Positions 13,355 to 30,030 of a stretch of 64,000 nt of DNA are shown in pieces. This DNA is from the human T2T-CHM13v2.0 reference genome, Homo sapiens. The position numbers and the translations under genes were made by a program. Below the pieces are notes generated by a model that was given only the letters and a program-made list of their open reading frames with translations, had not been told where the DNA came from and searched no databases. How positions within the stretch are numbered: position 1 is the first letter of the stretch; every line of letters starts with the position of its first letter. The stretch lies in assembly GCF_009914755.1 (NCBI RefSeq), contig NC_060925.1; one strand, written 5' to 3'.

Positions 13355-14371
13355 ATCGGGAAAAAACAGAACAGAAAAACTGGAAACTCTAAAAAGCAGA
13401 GTGCCTCTCCTCCTCCAAAGGAATGCAGTTCCTCACCAGCAACCAAACAAAGCTGGACGGAGAATGACTTTGACGAGCTGAGAGAAGAAGGCTTCAGACG
13501 ATCAAATTACTCTGAGCTACAGGAGGACATTCAAACCAAAGGCAAAGAAGTTGAAAACTTTGAAAAAAAATTAGAAGAATGTTTAACTAGAATAACCAAT
13601 ACAGAGAAGTGCTTAAAGGAGCTGATGGAGCTGAAAACCAAGGCTCGAGAACTAAGTGAAGAATGCAGAAGCCTCAGGAGCCGATGCGATCAACTGGAAG
13701 AAAGGGTATCAGCAATGGAAGATGAAATGAATGAAATGAAGTGAGAAGGGAAGTTTAGAGAAAAAAGAATAAAAAGAAATGAGCAAAGCCTCCAAGAAAT
13801 ATGGGACTATGTGAAACGACCAAATCTACGTCCGATTGGTGTATCTGAAAGTGATGGGGAGAATGGAACCAAGTTGGAAAACACTCTGCAGGATATGATC
13901 CAGGAGAACTTCCCCAATCTAGCAAGGCAGGCCAACGTTCAGATTCAGGAAATACAGAGAACGCCACAAAGATACTCCTCGAGAAGAGCAACTCCAAGAC
14001 ACATAATTGTCAGATTCACCAAAGTTGAAATGAAGGAAAAAATGTTAAGGGCAGCCAGAGAGAAAGGTCAGGTTACCCTCAAAGGGAAGCCCATCAGACT
14101 AACAGCAGTTCTCTTGGCAGAAACCCTACAAGCCAGAAGAGAGTGGGGGCCAATATTCAACATTCTTAAAGGAAAGAATTTTCAACCCAGAATTTCATAT
14201 CCAGCCAAACTAAGCTTCATAAGTGAAGGAGAAATAAAATACTTTACAGACAAGCAAATGCTGAGAGATTTTGTCGCCACCAGGCCTGCCCTAAAAGAGC
14301 TCCTGAAGGAAGCGCTAAACATGGAAAGGAACAACCGGTACCAGCCGCTGCAAAATCATGCCAAAATGTAA
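13355..14371 (+). pseudogene. L1 ORF1p, inactivated (ATG>ATC; CGA>TGA at codon 130, 13742-13744)
   Basis: 1017 bp colinear with ORF1; ORF-track 13811..14371 gives the RRM/CTD ending ..YQPLQNHAKM. Confidence 0.95.
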
Positions 14372-14419
14372 AGACCATCGAGACTAGGAAGAAACTGCAT
14401 CAACTAACGAGCAAAATAA

Positions 14420-18268
<3,849 letters not shown>

Positions 18269-18552
18269 ACAATGAGATCACATGGACACAGGAAGGTGAA
18301 CATCACACTCTGGGGACTGTTGTGGGGTGGGGGTAGGGGGGAGGGATAGCATTGGGAGATATACCTAATGCTAGATGACGAGTTAGTGGGTGCAGCGCAC
18401 CAGCATGGCACATGTATACATATGTAACTAACCTGCACAATGTGCACATGTACCCTAAAACTTAAAGTATAATAATTAAAAAATAATAATAAATGAGATC
18501 ATGCTCTCTGTGCACAAAATGCTCTGAAAAAATAAATAAATAAATAAATAAA

Positions 18553-18830
18553 GAGTTGAAAACAGCAGATACCCTAAGGAGCCAGATGATACCATAAATG
18601 AGTGAAGCAGGCTAGATGTAGGTGCACATTCAGACCCTAGTGGGTGGTTGGGTTCATCCAGAGACCAGAGCCTGTGTCCCAGTTAGCAGGGGCAGTCCTC
18701 ACGCAGCTCCACACACTCAGCTCTAGCCAACTTTTGCCACGTGGAAAGGCAGACTAATCTTGCTTCATCTTCCAAATTTTCTAGGGCCTGGAAACCTGAA
18801 TTTTTCAGTAATATCTCAAGATTGTTTTCA
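18553..18830 (+). mobile_element. MER102-like hAT-Charlie fossil
   Basis: CATAAATGAGTGAAGCAGGC..GGGGCAG..CTCAGCTCTAGCCAA..TTGCCACGTGG resembles the MER102 consensus. Confidence 0.6.
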
Positions 18831-19442
18831 TGTTTCCTATCTAGTTTGCAAATAGGCATTAGTCCCACTCTATCTTCTCCTTCCCAGCTCCTAGGGGAGT
18901 CAAACATGGGCCACCAACAGGCAGAGCATTAAGGAAGGAGGGAGAGCCAGGCCCATGTTCCTGAGGGGACATGTCTTTTCTCAATTGGGGTCATTGTCGT
19001 AATCTGGGCTTGAGTTGCAGGTGCTGGCTTGGTACAGTGCTTTCTTACATTACCTAATATTTTGCGGCTCACACATGTAAACTTGGGAACAGGATTTACC
19101 TTATGTTGTATGTGTTTCCTATGATTATTTCTATAAGCATTGTATTTTGAGGACATGATTCCAGACGAAAAAGAAAATTTATGATTCCTTGAAACGCGAT
19201 AAGACTGCCAAAAATGCATGGAATCAGTTATGGAAGTTTCAAAACTTAAGTCATGGATCTACTTGTGCTGTGATGGTGTAAACATTGCAAATTTTTCATC
19301 AAGATGGAAAATAAATGCAAAATTTTTAGGAAGGCGGCCCAGTGATTCTTAACCATCAGCCTCACTCTCTACATCTGGATCCTTCTCCCTCTCTTATCTC
19401 CTGTGGTTCAAGCCCTATTCAAGCCCTAGGGAAGGAGCTTCT

Positions 19443-19759
19443 CTTTTTTATCTTTTATTTATTTATTTTTTTGAGACAGAGTCTGGCTCTGTCGCCCAGG
19501 CTAGAGTACAGTGGTGCGATCTCGATCTCAGCTCACTGCAACCTCCACCTCCTGGGTTCAAGCATTTCTTCTGCCTCAGCCTCCTGAGTAGCTGAGATTA
19601 CAGGTGCCTGCCACCAGGCCCGGTTAATTTTTGTATTTTTAGTAGAGACGGGGTTTCACCATGTTGGCCAGGCTGGTCTCGAACTCCGGATCTTAGGTGA
19701 TCTGCCCAGCTCGTCCTCCCAAAGTGCTGGGATTACAGGCATAAGCCACCGTGCACTGC
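19443..19759 (-). mobile_element. AluSx/Sz
   Basis: Full Alu with an internal GATCTC duplication; 15-bp TSD AGGGA(A/G)GGAGCTTCT 19428-19442 / 19760-19774. Confidence 0.95.
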
Positions 19760-19830
19760 AGGGAGGGAGCTTCTAAGCTAGAAGCCAGGTGCAAAGGAAA
19801 GATGGGCAACTTTGGAGTCACACCAACTGC

Positions 19831-20187
19831 TGTGGTAGATGGCTTAATTCTTCTTAAATGATCCATGAAGGAGGAGTGTATGTCCCCACTCCACTGACTT
19901 TTTGCTTTGCTACGTTACTACCTTTGGCCAATGGAACGTGAGTGGACTTGATATACACCGTGTCTGAGCAGAAGCTTTAAATGCATGTTCTGTGTCTGCC
20001 TCTAGTTCTTCCCCTCTTCTCTGAGAATGGACATATTCTACATAGCAGATGCTTCTTCTACCTGGGTCCTAGAATGAGAAGTTACATGGTGTAGAGCCAC
20101 ATGCCACATGAGGACAAAGTAAAGGCATGTTGCTTTAAGCTTTGAGATTTGGGAGTTGTTTATTATACTTCAAAGCTGACTAATATA
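19831..20187 (+). mobile_element. MLT1I/J-like MaLR LTR
   Basis: TGTGGTAGATGG start; CTTTGGCCAATGGAA; end GCTGACTAATATA. Confidence 0.7.
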
Positions 20188-21116
20188 CCTGGATTTGTCG
20201 CTCCTGGGCTGTGTGATAGTCAGAAAGTTGCTTCATTTATTTAATTCCAGCATTCACTGATGCTTACTATGTGATAAGTTCTGTTTAGACAGTGGTGATC
20301 AAAGAGGAATAAGACAGATTCCTGCCCTGGGGGAGCTCTCGGCATAGCGCAGTTGGAGAGACAGTGAGTTAAGGGCTGTGTTAGGAGCCAGTGCAGGGTC
20401 AGAAAGAAGGACTCTTGATTCAGTCAGCGAGATCAGAGAAGATTTCCTAGAAGTCGTTAGCATGGGTACTTCCAGGAAATATCCATGCTAAATCTTGAGG
20501 GACAAGCCAGGGGAAAAAAACAAGGGGGAACATTTTTCTTTCATAGGAAATAGCAAGAGCGGAAGCTCAGATGACATTCAAACTGAGGGCTGCTTAGGAC
20601 AGGGCTGGGACAAGATAGCCCGTGAGATGCTGCTTCCTCTCTCCTCAATTCCATCCATACTCTGAACCTAGCCAAGAAGCTCAGACTCACATCCTAAGTG
20701 GCTAGTAGTCACACACAAATGACTGTGAATTGTTTTGCCTTGGGAACTGGCCTAGCAGGGAATTGGCAGCTTTCGCGCTTTCGAGACAAAAGAATTTTGG
20801 ACGGGCCCTGCTAGCATCATTCCCAGGCACCAGGGCCAGGACATAGAGAGGCTCAAGCCTAGGCCGCTACATCCTCCCCACATCTGACAAAGAATGACCG
20901 ATTCTGAGTGAATAATTTACTTGTGTTTCCACATCCATCAGACCAAACGAAGAGTTCCCTCAACTGAACAGAATGGATTGCCCGAGTTAATCCCAGAGTC
21001 TGTCTGGGGTAAGTGAAGCATGGTAGAAAAGTAATACGGAAGGCTGGCTGCTGGGAAATATATTGAGTCCAAACAGAAAAGAGATGAGAAATGGATAAAA
21101 TAACAGCCCCGAATAA

Positions 21117-21499
<383 letters not shown>

Positions 21500-22094
21500 T
21501 TTATTTTTATTTTTAAAGTTATAACTAAGAGCTGCTGGGTTAACCCAGACTCATTTATCTGAATCCTGCCTCTCTCATACTTGACTAACAATGAGTAAGA
21601 ACACTTGGCTTCCACTAATTAACTCTCTTGACTTTTGAGTATCTGCAATCTACCAGGCACTGTTCTAGGCAATGGGGAGACAACAGTGATGAAGCAGTTT
21701 CTACCTCATGAAGCCTACCTTCTTCTAAAGAGTCTTTGCATGTCCTCCTCTGAAGAGGCACTGGCCAACCTGCCCACCAAGGCAGTGTCTCAAAACCTTA
21801 CTCCTGCCCCAGGCTTCTAGGGCCAAATTCCTTTTGCCAAATTAGCTTCATACATATCCTCTCATTTGATCCTGACAATAACCCTATGAGGTAGCTATTG
21901 TTGATCTCATCTCAGAAAGGACACTGAAACTCAGGGGCAAGGGATTTCCTTGGAGTAAGGGGGTAAGAGGCCAGTGAGGGACCAGTACCGCCCTGGACCC
22001 CTGGGCTGTACACGTCCTTGCTTGTCTAACTCCTTCTGCTCTGGGCTGGGAGGGAAGCCTATAGGGCTTCCAGCATGCTTCAAGATCCCTTCTT

Positions 22095-22440
22095 AAATCC
22101 TGCCATATGAGACAACATGAACTCTGAGAACATTATGCTAGTGACATAAACCGATCACAGAAGGACAAATGCCACATGATTCCATTTATTTGAGGTATTT
22201 AAAATAGTCAAATTCATAGAAGGAAAGTAGAATGGTGGTTGGTTGGTAGGAGCTGGAGGAAGAGGGGAATGGGGAGTTGCTGTTCAACTGGTCTAGTTTC
22301 AGGTATACAAAATGAGTAAGTTCTAGAGTTCTCCCATAAAACATTGCACTCATAGTTAACACTACTGCACTTTACTCTTAAAAATTTGTGAAGAGGCTAG
22401 ATGTCATGTGATCTGTTCTTACAATAAGAATAATAATAAA
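22095..22440 (+). mobile_element. L1MA9/L1MB 3' end
   Basis: ACATTATGCTAGTG..CACAGAAGGACAAAT..GTAGAATGGTGGTT followed by an A-rich tail. Confidence 0.8.
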
Positions 22441-22579
22441 AGGGTTCCTTCTTTTCTCCTGTGGGCTGGAAATGTGGACCAAGTATCCTGAGTGACTGGG
22501 GAGAAGAAGAAAAAGGAGAAGGAGAAAGGAAGGAGGGAGGGCCACTGGATTTTTTCCTGATATGTTGCAGGATGAGGTT

Positions 22580-23610
22580 ACACACTCACTCAATCAACAA
22601 GTATTTACTGAACACAGACTCTGTGCGAGGCACTCTTCTAGGCATTGGGAAGCAAAAGCAGATTAGACAGACAAGATTTAAGCCCTCATAGTTATTAGAT
22701 TCCAGTAGAAGGGACAACTATACACAAGTAAACAAGCATTCCCCTCTCTCTCTTCAAAAAATTAGTTTAGACTAAGCCAAGGGCTCTGAAGCAAACAGAT
22801 GGGTATTGTGATAGTACCTTGGGGCCAGGCTGTAGATATTGTGGCCTCTATGAGATGATTGCATTTGAACTGAGACTTGAAGGATCAGAATAAGCCAACC
22901 CTGCAGAGGACTTGGGGGACCACCCCAGGCAGAGAGAACAGCAAGCACAAAGGCCTGGATACTTTGTTGTATTTGAAGAGGAGAAAGGAAACCTGCATGG
23001 AAGTGTTATGAATAAGGAGAGTGTTCTAGCAAAGGGTTGGAGAAGTGGGCAGGAGTCAGGTTATTCCAGGCCTCGAATGCCACATAAGCATCTTGGGCTT
23101 TATTCTAAGAGCTATGGGAAGCTAATGAAGGATTTGAAGCAGGAGGTTGAAGGATGAAACATGAAACATGAGCTTACCCAGTCTTTCTGCTTTAAAAATG
23201 ATCACTCCGCCTGATCGATGATCAATGGAGAATAGAATGCAGAGCGCAGGAGAAGAACAAAAAAACAAAAAAAGGACTTTGGAAGCTATTGTGAGAGATG
23301 ATGATCAGGCTTGTGCTACAGAAGTGGCAGTGGGGGTGAAGGCAGGAGAAAAGATTTGAGATACATTTGGGAGGTGAAACTGATCAGACTAGGCAATGGA
23401 TTAGACGCGTGAGGTAGAAGAGACAAGGATTTCTTGAACTTCTGAGCAGTTGACTATTTGAAGGTGATATTTTGGTGACATGGAATAGCTAGGGCAAGAA
23501 CAGATCTAAGCTCCATGAGGAGTGGAAATTAAGAAATATCAATCAAGAAACGTCGACTGGACACCAAAGTGGAGACAGTTGTCTATCTGTACCTGGAGCT
23601 CAGAGTACAG
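22580..23610 (-). mobile_element. L2
   Basis: CACTCAATCAACAAGTATTTACTGA (L2 tail antisense) followed by a purine-rich L2 body. Confidence 0.8.
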
Positions 23611-24094
23611 GCTTCACAATCAGGCAGTGTGGCATGTCTGGGAGAAACGACAGACACCAAAGTGGCTGGGTTTTGTTAAGAATCCAAGCAAGGACACTTG
23701 TTTAGGGATGGGCGGAGTCAAGAAAGAAGTTTCTTATTTTTTGGCAGATGGTGTCTTTTCTTGAAATAATCGACATCTTCCCACACCTTTGGAAGTTGTT
23801 TTCCCCCAGAAGGCGGAGGAATTATGGGAGGCAAGGCTCTGGATCCTCTCTCCTCATTTTCAGGCTGTCCCCAAAATCCAGGAGCTGTAAGACCTCTAGG
23901 CCACATAGTGGGAGAAAGGGACATTAGCTAGCAATTACGCCATGTCTTCCCTATGCTCCATCCCTCCGCTACCATTATCAGCTGCTCATGTGTAGGAGGA
24001 GCATCCAGTGAGCTCTAGGAACATCGCCCCTGAGATGCATGTGGACACTCACCATCAGGCCCACCTCAGGGAGCAGCACACCACAGCCTAAGGA

Positions 24095-24274
24095 CCGAAG
24101 CCGCATGTTTTTGTAAGTGAAGTGTCTGGTCCGCAACCATGCGCATTCATTTACACTTCGCCTATGACTGCTTTCAAGCCACAACATGAGGGTGGAGTCA
24201 TTATGGTAGGAACTGTTTGGCCCTCAAAGCTGAAAAGGGGTTACGTGGCAGGAAAAAAGTTTGCCAACTTCTGA
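24095..24274 (+). mobile_element. MER58A-like hAT MITE
   Basis: TTTTTGTAAGTGAAG..CATTCATTTAC..GAAAAAAGTTTGCCAACTTCTG. Confidence 0.7.
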
Positions 24275-25826
24275 TCCACCCAGTTAGACCTAGAAGTGTG
24301 CCTGGAGCGCTTGTCACTTCCCTTCATTGCTGTTTTGCATCCATGTCATAGACCTACTCCCTGGGCAAAGCTTCTTGTCCTTCTAGCACACTCCGGGTTA
24401 TAGGAACGACCCTAAGGAAACAACCCCAAACAAGGCATCCTCAGAACAGCCCCACAGCCAGGTGACCTTGAGCCCGGAAGATAGCTTAGGAACTGAAAGA
24501 CCATCCAGAGTTTAACACTGCTTAACTGCTAAGTCATTTCAGTACCAATCCTTGACCCCAGGAATAAAGACAGTGTCCAGTTCTCTGCCATGATGGTGAC
24601 CAGGGCACATTCTCATCTCAGTTTCTTCCTCTGTCTTTCTGCTTCTGTTCTTGCTACCTAGTGCACAATCGCTGCCTCATGTTAGTACCCCCACTAGAGA
24701 GAGTTTGGTGGTCGTCTTGTGAGATAATATTGTCACTTTGAGTAGAGCTTCCTGGCTAGACCACGTCAGAGGCCACTGGCAAGCCTGTAGCTTCCTGCCG
24801 GTTGGCTTAGGTGTTCTGCTGTGGTCCCTCAGCTGGGGTCGCTATGGGGGTAGCTGCACTGACCTGGGTATTGTCTCCTTCAGGCAGGTTGAAACAGTCC
24901 TCAGTTCTTCTCATATTCAGAGGTGGAGGTCGGTGAGTCCTGGCTAGACAGTACCTGCCCTGTAAGCCCCAGCATCTGTCCTCAGCTAAATGACTTCACG
25001 TGGTCCCCAGTGACCACGTTTCTTACCAGGAACTGAGGTAGAGGTGGCTGATCAGGGAAGTATCTTGCACCCGATTTGCTGGGGAGACTGTGTTCTCTCC
25101 CTCCCATACTTTTCCTCCATAGGGCATTGCTCTCTGCAGCATCTTTACCTAACTTGGCTTCTCCACGAAGTTCACAAGTTATTCAGAGAGATCTGTCCTC
25201 CCCACTCCCCAAAATCCTGAGCGAGGCATGAAAAATTCAGTCATTTGGCTTATTCAGACTTTCCAGATGTCTGATGTTGGGCAAGAGATGCATGCTGCTG
25301 ACGGATGGCACATTTTTACCTTCCACCAATGTGTTTGACATTGTGCAGATGTAGGCATGTGGAAAGGAAGACTGATTTGTTTTATTAATGAACAAGTGAT
25401 GAAATAACACTGGAGAAACTTGATGAGTCACACGTAATCCCACTCTTCTAATACAACAATCATTTCCACTTTTGCATATTTTTTTCTTGTTTTGTTCATC
25501 TTAGATACATAGAAATATAATTGCAAACAAAATATTGCCATCACTTGGTAACTGGCTTCTTTCATCATAGGTACCCTCCCTCGTTATCTTTAAAATTATT
25601 GATCTTAATGACTTCCTAGTAGGCCTTGGGAAGGGATATACCATTTCCTTAATGTAGTGATTAAGAACATGGTCTTAGGGTTAGCCAGCCTCATTCAAAA
25701 CCTAATAGCCCTGGGAACTTGGGCAAGTTAATAATTTAATCTCCCTGAGTCTTAGTGTCTACATCTATAAAATGGAATTAATAGTAATAATTCACAGAGA
25801 TGTCAGGGTTAAAATGAGATATTACA

Positions 25827-26282
25827 CGGTTGACCCTTGAACGGCACAGGTTTGAACTATGGAGATCTACTTAGACTCAGATTTTCTTCCACCTAGCCAC
25901 CCCTGAGACAGCAAGACAACCCCTTCTTTTTCTTCCTCTTCCTCCTCTTCCTCTTCTTCGTCAGCCTACTCAATGTGAAGACAATGAGCACGAAGACCTT
26001 TGTGATAATCCACTTCCACTTAATGAATAGTAAATACACTTTCTCTTCCTTGTGATTGTCCTAATAACGTTTTCTTTTCTCTAGCTTACTTTATTGTAAG
26101 AACACAGTAATAATATGTATAACATATAAAATATGTAACAACTGTTTATGTTATTGGCAAGGCTTCTGGTCAACAGTAAGCTGTTAGTAGTTAAGTTTTG
26201 GGGGAATCAAAAGTAATACTCAGATTTTTTTACTTCGTGGGGATTCAGTGCACTAACCTCTGCATTGTTTAAGGGTCAACAC
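25827..26282 (+). mobile_element. Tigger2a (MER28-like) inserted in a MIR
   Basis: TIRs C(G)GTTGACCCTTGAAC ... GTTTAAGGGTCAAC(AC), followed by TA; MIR core at 25655-25824. Confidence 0.88.
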
Positions 26283-26315
26283 TATGTAAGTCTGTGTATC
26301 AGTGTATGTATCAAC

Positions 26316-26685
26316 TGTTTATCAGCAAAGATAGGCTGTTATGCTGTGGTAACAAACAACCCGCAAGTCTCATTGGCTTAAAAAAAACAAGGTTTTTCCT
26401 TCCTTTGGTTACACGCACATCTTGGGTTGACTGGTGGTGGGGAGAGGGTGGGAGTAGGGAGAGGGTGGCAGTGGGGAGAGGGTGGGAATGGGGAGAGAGT
26501 GGTGTGATTCTACTCATTGTAGTTGCTTAGGGACTCTGGCTGACAAAGCAAACATGGGTCACTTCTGTTTATAACTCACTTGACAGAATTACATGGCTCC
26601 ACCCACCAGCAAGGGGGACCAGAAGTACAATTTTACCTTGTGTTCTGGAAAGAGAAAACTAGAACTATTTGATAATTTCCACAGC
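26316..26685 (-). mobile_element. MLT1J/K/L-like MaLR LTR
   Basis: GATAGGCTGTTATGCTGTGGTAACAAACAACC..CTCATTGGCTTAAA. Confidence 0.65.
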
Positions 26686-27646
26686 AAAGAAGTGTGGAAC
26701 TATATGCTATTATAATTATTTCTACAACATATAAGCAAAATGAAATAATACATGTAAATTTCTTAGCTCGGCTTCTCAGGAATATAGGGAGCACTCAGTA
26801 AAGGGCAGACACTAGCATCATTACTATTATTTTCATTACTGTGCTTTTTCAACTTTTTTGCTATTATAGGTAGCACCTTGCCGAACATCCTCATGCAGAT
26901 GTTTTTGTTTTTTGCTTCTTTTGAATTGTTTCCTAAGGATGAATCCTCACGAGTACTATTAAGTGCCTAAGCTTTGGGGTCAGGAAGAGGAAGACTCCAA
27001 TTCTTACTTAACAGAAAAAACAAATTTACTGAATGAGGAACCAAGGCCAGAAGTTGTACTTGCCGTGGTTAAAAATTTCTAGTTTATATTTTTAGGTGCT
27101 AAGCAGAGGTAATGAATTTTTACTTTTTTATATCAGGCTACACCCCCTACAACTACAGTTCAATTTCAGCTTTGTGACGCTAGTGTAGGCATTACTCTGT
27201 GTCCGACTGGTGTGCAATCTTGGCCCTGCTGAATTCTCATTGGTTGAATGCACTTCAGGTGTGTCACCTGGTGCTGTCATTCACAAAAGCTGAAGCGGAG
27301 TTGGAGTAACTACATTTGTTATGACAGTAATGGTGTGCACATTTGATACAGCATGTGGTGTCATGGTCTAGATTCAGACCCAGAGTCTAGCCTGAGGCCC
27401 CAGGTTAGAACTTGTGTAGTTTTCCCTCCAATAGCTTTGCTTCTGGCTTTGGACAGGGTACTTCAGTTTCATGTCTTCATTTATTCCTTGATAAAATAGA
27501 TACAGTAATATCTTGGCATCCAATAGGTATAACACAAACTTGTTATCTCTTCTCTTGCACAGAGGCAAAATATCCTTATGGCTTTTGCTAAGCACAGTCA
27601 TATTGGAAAGAGAATGTTTGTGGATTTGTCTATGAAATATTTAGAT

Positions 27647-27822
27647 CAGTGGTTCGCATCTCTCAATGTGTATCAGAGTCACCCAGGGGAACTTAAAAAC
27701 ACTGAAGTCTGAATCCCACCCTGAGGATTCTGCTTTAATTGGGCTGGAGTGTAGCCTGGCCATTGGGATTTTTAAAAGCTCCCCAGGTGATTCTAATATT
27801 CAGCAAAGTTTGAGAGCTGTTG
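27647..27822. mobile_element. MER5A1-like hAT MITE
   Basis: CAGTGGTTC..AAAAGCTCCCCAGGTGATTCTAAT..AGTTTGAGA. Confidence 0.8.
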
Positions 27823-27829
27823 ACTAAAC

Positions 27830-28026
27830 CGGTGGTACTGAAACCTGAGCGTGTTGCAGAATTCCCTGGAGGGCTTGTTAAAACCCAGCATGCTGGAACC
27901 CACCTCGAGTTTCTGAATCAGCGTTCAGTAGTTGTGGGGTGGAGCCTGCTAGCAAATTGCATTCCTGACAAGTTCCCTGGTGGTGCTACTGTCGCTAGTG
28001 CAGGATCCACACGCTGAGAGCCACTG
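27830..28026. mobile_element. MER5A hAT MITE
   Basis: CCTGGAGGGCTTGTTAAAAC..TGCATTCCTGACAAGTTCCC..TGAGAGCCACTG. Confidence 0.8.
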
Positions 28027-28914
28027 ACGGATGGCACCACTCACTCTGGCACCATTCACTCTCTGTGCATCCTGCCTCCCGGGAAGGGTTTTGCAAGGGG
28101 GAAATGGGAGCAAGCCTTGTGGAGGCAGGAGGATGCATAGAATGTCCTCTCAGGATCCTCCTCAGACCTGAGAACTGCGGAGCTCTTTCCTGAGATGCTG
28201 TCACTGTCGGCAGAGTCTCAGAAGTACAGCTTGCTCCATAGCTCCTTTTTTTAAGAAGCTGGCAGCCAGCTGAAGCACTCAGATGGGGCTCGGCTCGGAT
28301 CGGCTCAGCGAGCCTGTGCCACCAGCCCTCCTGTGAACTGCAGACATCAGTCTCCCTCCTTCCATTACCTCCATTAGCACGGTTATTTGTGGCAATTCCT
28401 CTTCCTGGCTGCTTGGGATACAAAGTGCTGACTGCGAAGCTACACATGATGTCTGAAACTTCCAGGACAGAAGGAGGGATCTGATGGTCTCTGACCCAGG
28501 TGACCAGAGCAGCACCAGGCAGGGGTGGGGGACCATGATGTAGTAGCAGCTGGGGAGGGGGAGGGTGTGGGTAGAAGAGGAGGCTGGCCAGAGTCACTCT
28601 GGACCAAAATATCCAAATGAAGCCAACTGGCCTTAAGATACCTGAGCAATTTGAGGACAAAGCAGGAATTTTTTTTTCTCTATTATTATCCGGATAAATG
28701 TGGTTATGAGGAGGTGGTGTGTGTAGGGGGTGGGGAACTGTGGGGAAAGGATAGGGATAGAAATATAATATTTTTGCATATCATCTGAATGACTGGCGTG
28801 TACATTCTGTGGCATGGAAAGGGGATAATTTAATCATCCTGAGTTTACAGAGGGAAACGCTCAGTCCTACAGACCTTCTGCTTCGGCAGATAAAAGCTTC
28901 TCAGAATTAACGAC

Positions 28915-29160
28915 AACAAAAGCAATAGTAATAGCTAACACGATGTAGCACTGACTCGGTGCCAGGCACTGTGCGAAGCGCATCATTTACATTAACTCAT
29001 TTCATCCTCACATCAACCCTGTGAGGTAGGGATATTATTATTCCCATTGTATAGTCGAGTAAAGCGAGGCTTAGAGTAGTTCAGTGACTTACTCAAGGTC
29101 ACACAGCTAATAAGGATTTGAACTCAGTCACTTTGGTACCAGAGGCCATGTTTTTAGTCC
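28915..29160 (-). mobile_element. MIR
   Basis: GTGCCAGGCACTGTG..CTCATTTCATCCTCAC..AAGGTCACACAGCT..GGATTTGAACTCAG. Confidence 0.85.
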
Positions 29161-29804
29161 TGGAGGGGCTGATTGTGAGAGATTCTGGCACTGGCATGGA
29201 ACCTGAGTTCATTCCACATCTGTGGTTAGGTTCTGTGGGTTGGGAGCAGGGGCATGGCTGCTTCCCAGTCCAGTCATTATGAGGACAAGTGTGTTGCCTG
29301 AATATCAGTCTCTCTAGGGTTGTTTCTCTCGCTGAAGTCTCCTCATCCAAAGTGATTCCTGGTCTACTTTAGGCAGGAGAGCAGACCTTCTGCACAAGAA
29401 GGCAGAGTTAACTTCACGATCCTCCCTTTTTGAGTCCAGTCTCTCCACCCTCTGGATGCCCTCATGATGCCCTAAGCTCCCCCATCACTAAATCTATCTA
29501 TACATGCCTCTCTCCCTCCTTTCCAGTCCTACAGGAGGTATCCCATAGCCACCCTCAAATAAATCTAATGGACATATCACTAAAGGGAGAAAATGGTACA
29601 TTGTAGTTGCAGTTTCCCCAAACATCCAACCGTCTCAAGCACAAACTCATTCTCCCTTCTGCTCATCACTCTTTCCTTCTCTCTTCTCACTAATCATCAC
29701 CTGGGGGATACAAGAAAAAAAACAAGTGGACCAAGAGTTGGTCAAGCCAAAGTTTGGTCCAACTCTGACATTTACTAACTATGAAATTGTCCACAAATCC
29801 CACA

Positions 29805-30030
29805 GTATTGTTAGTGGTTATGAGCAATGATCTATGGCATCAGGCAGACTTGGGCTCAAATCCTAGCACTGCCATTTTTGGACCTAAGGCAAGTGACTGT
29901 ATCTGTTCCCTTATGTGTAAATGGGGAAAATCATTCTGATCCAGTAGGTTACTGAGAGAACCAAATGACTACAAGCCAGGAAAATGCTCAGCACAATATC
30001 TGGCACAGAGTACAAGAATTCAATTAATGG
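29805..30030 (+). mobile_element. MIR
   Basis: GGGCTCAAATCCTAGCACTGCCA..TGTAAATGGGG. Confidence 0.75.
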
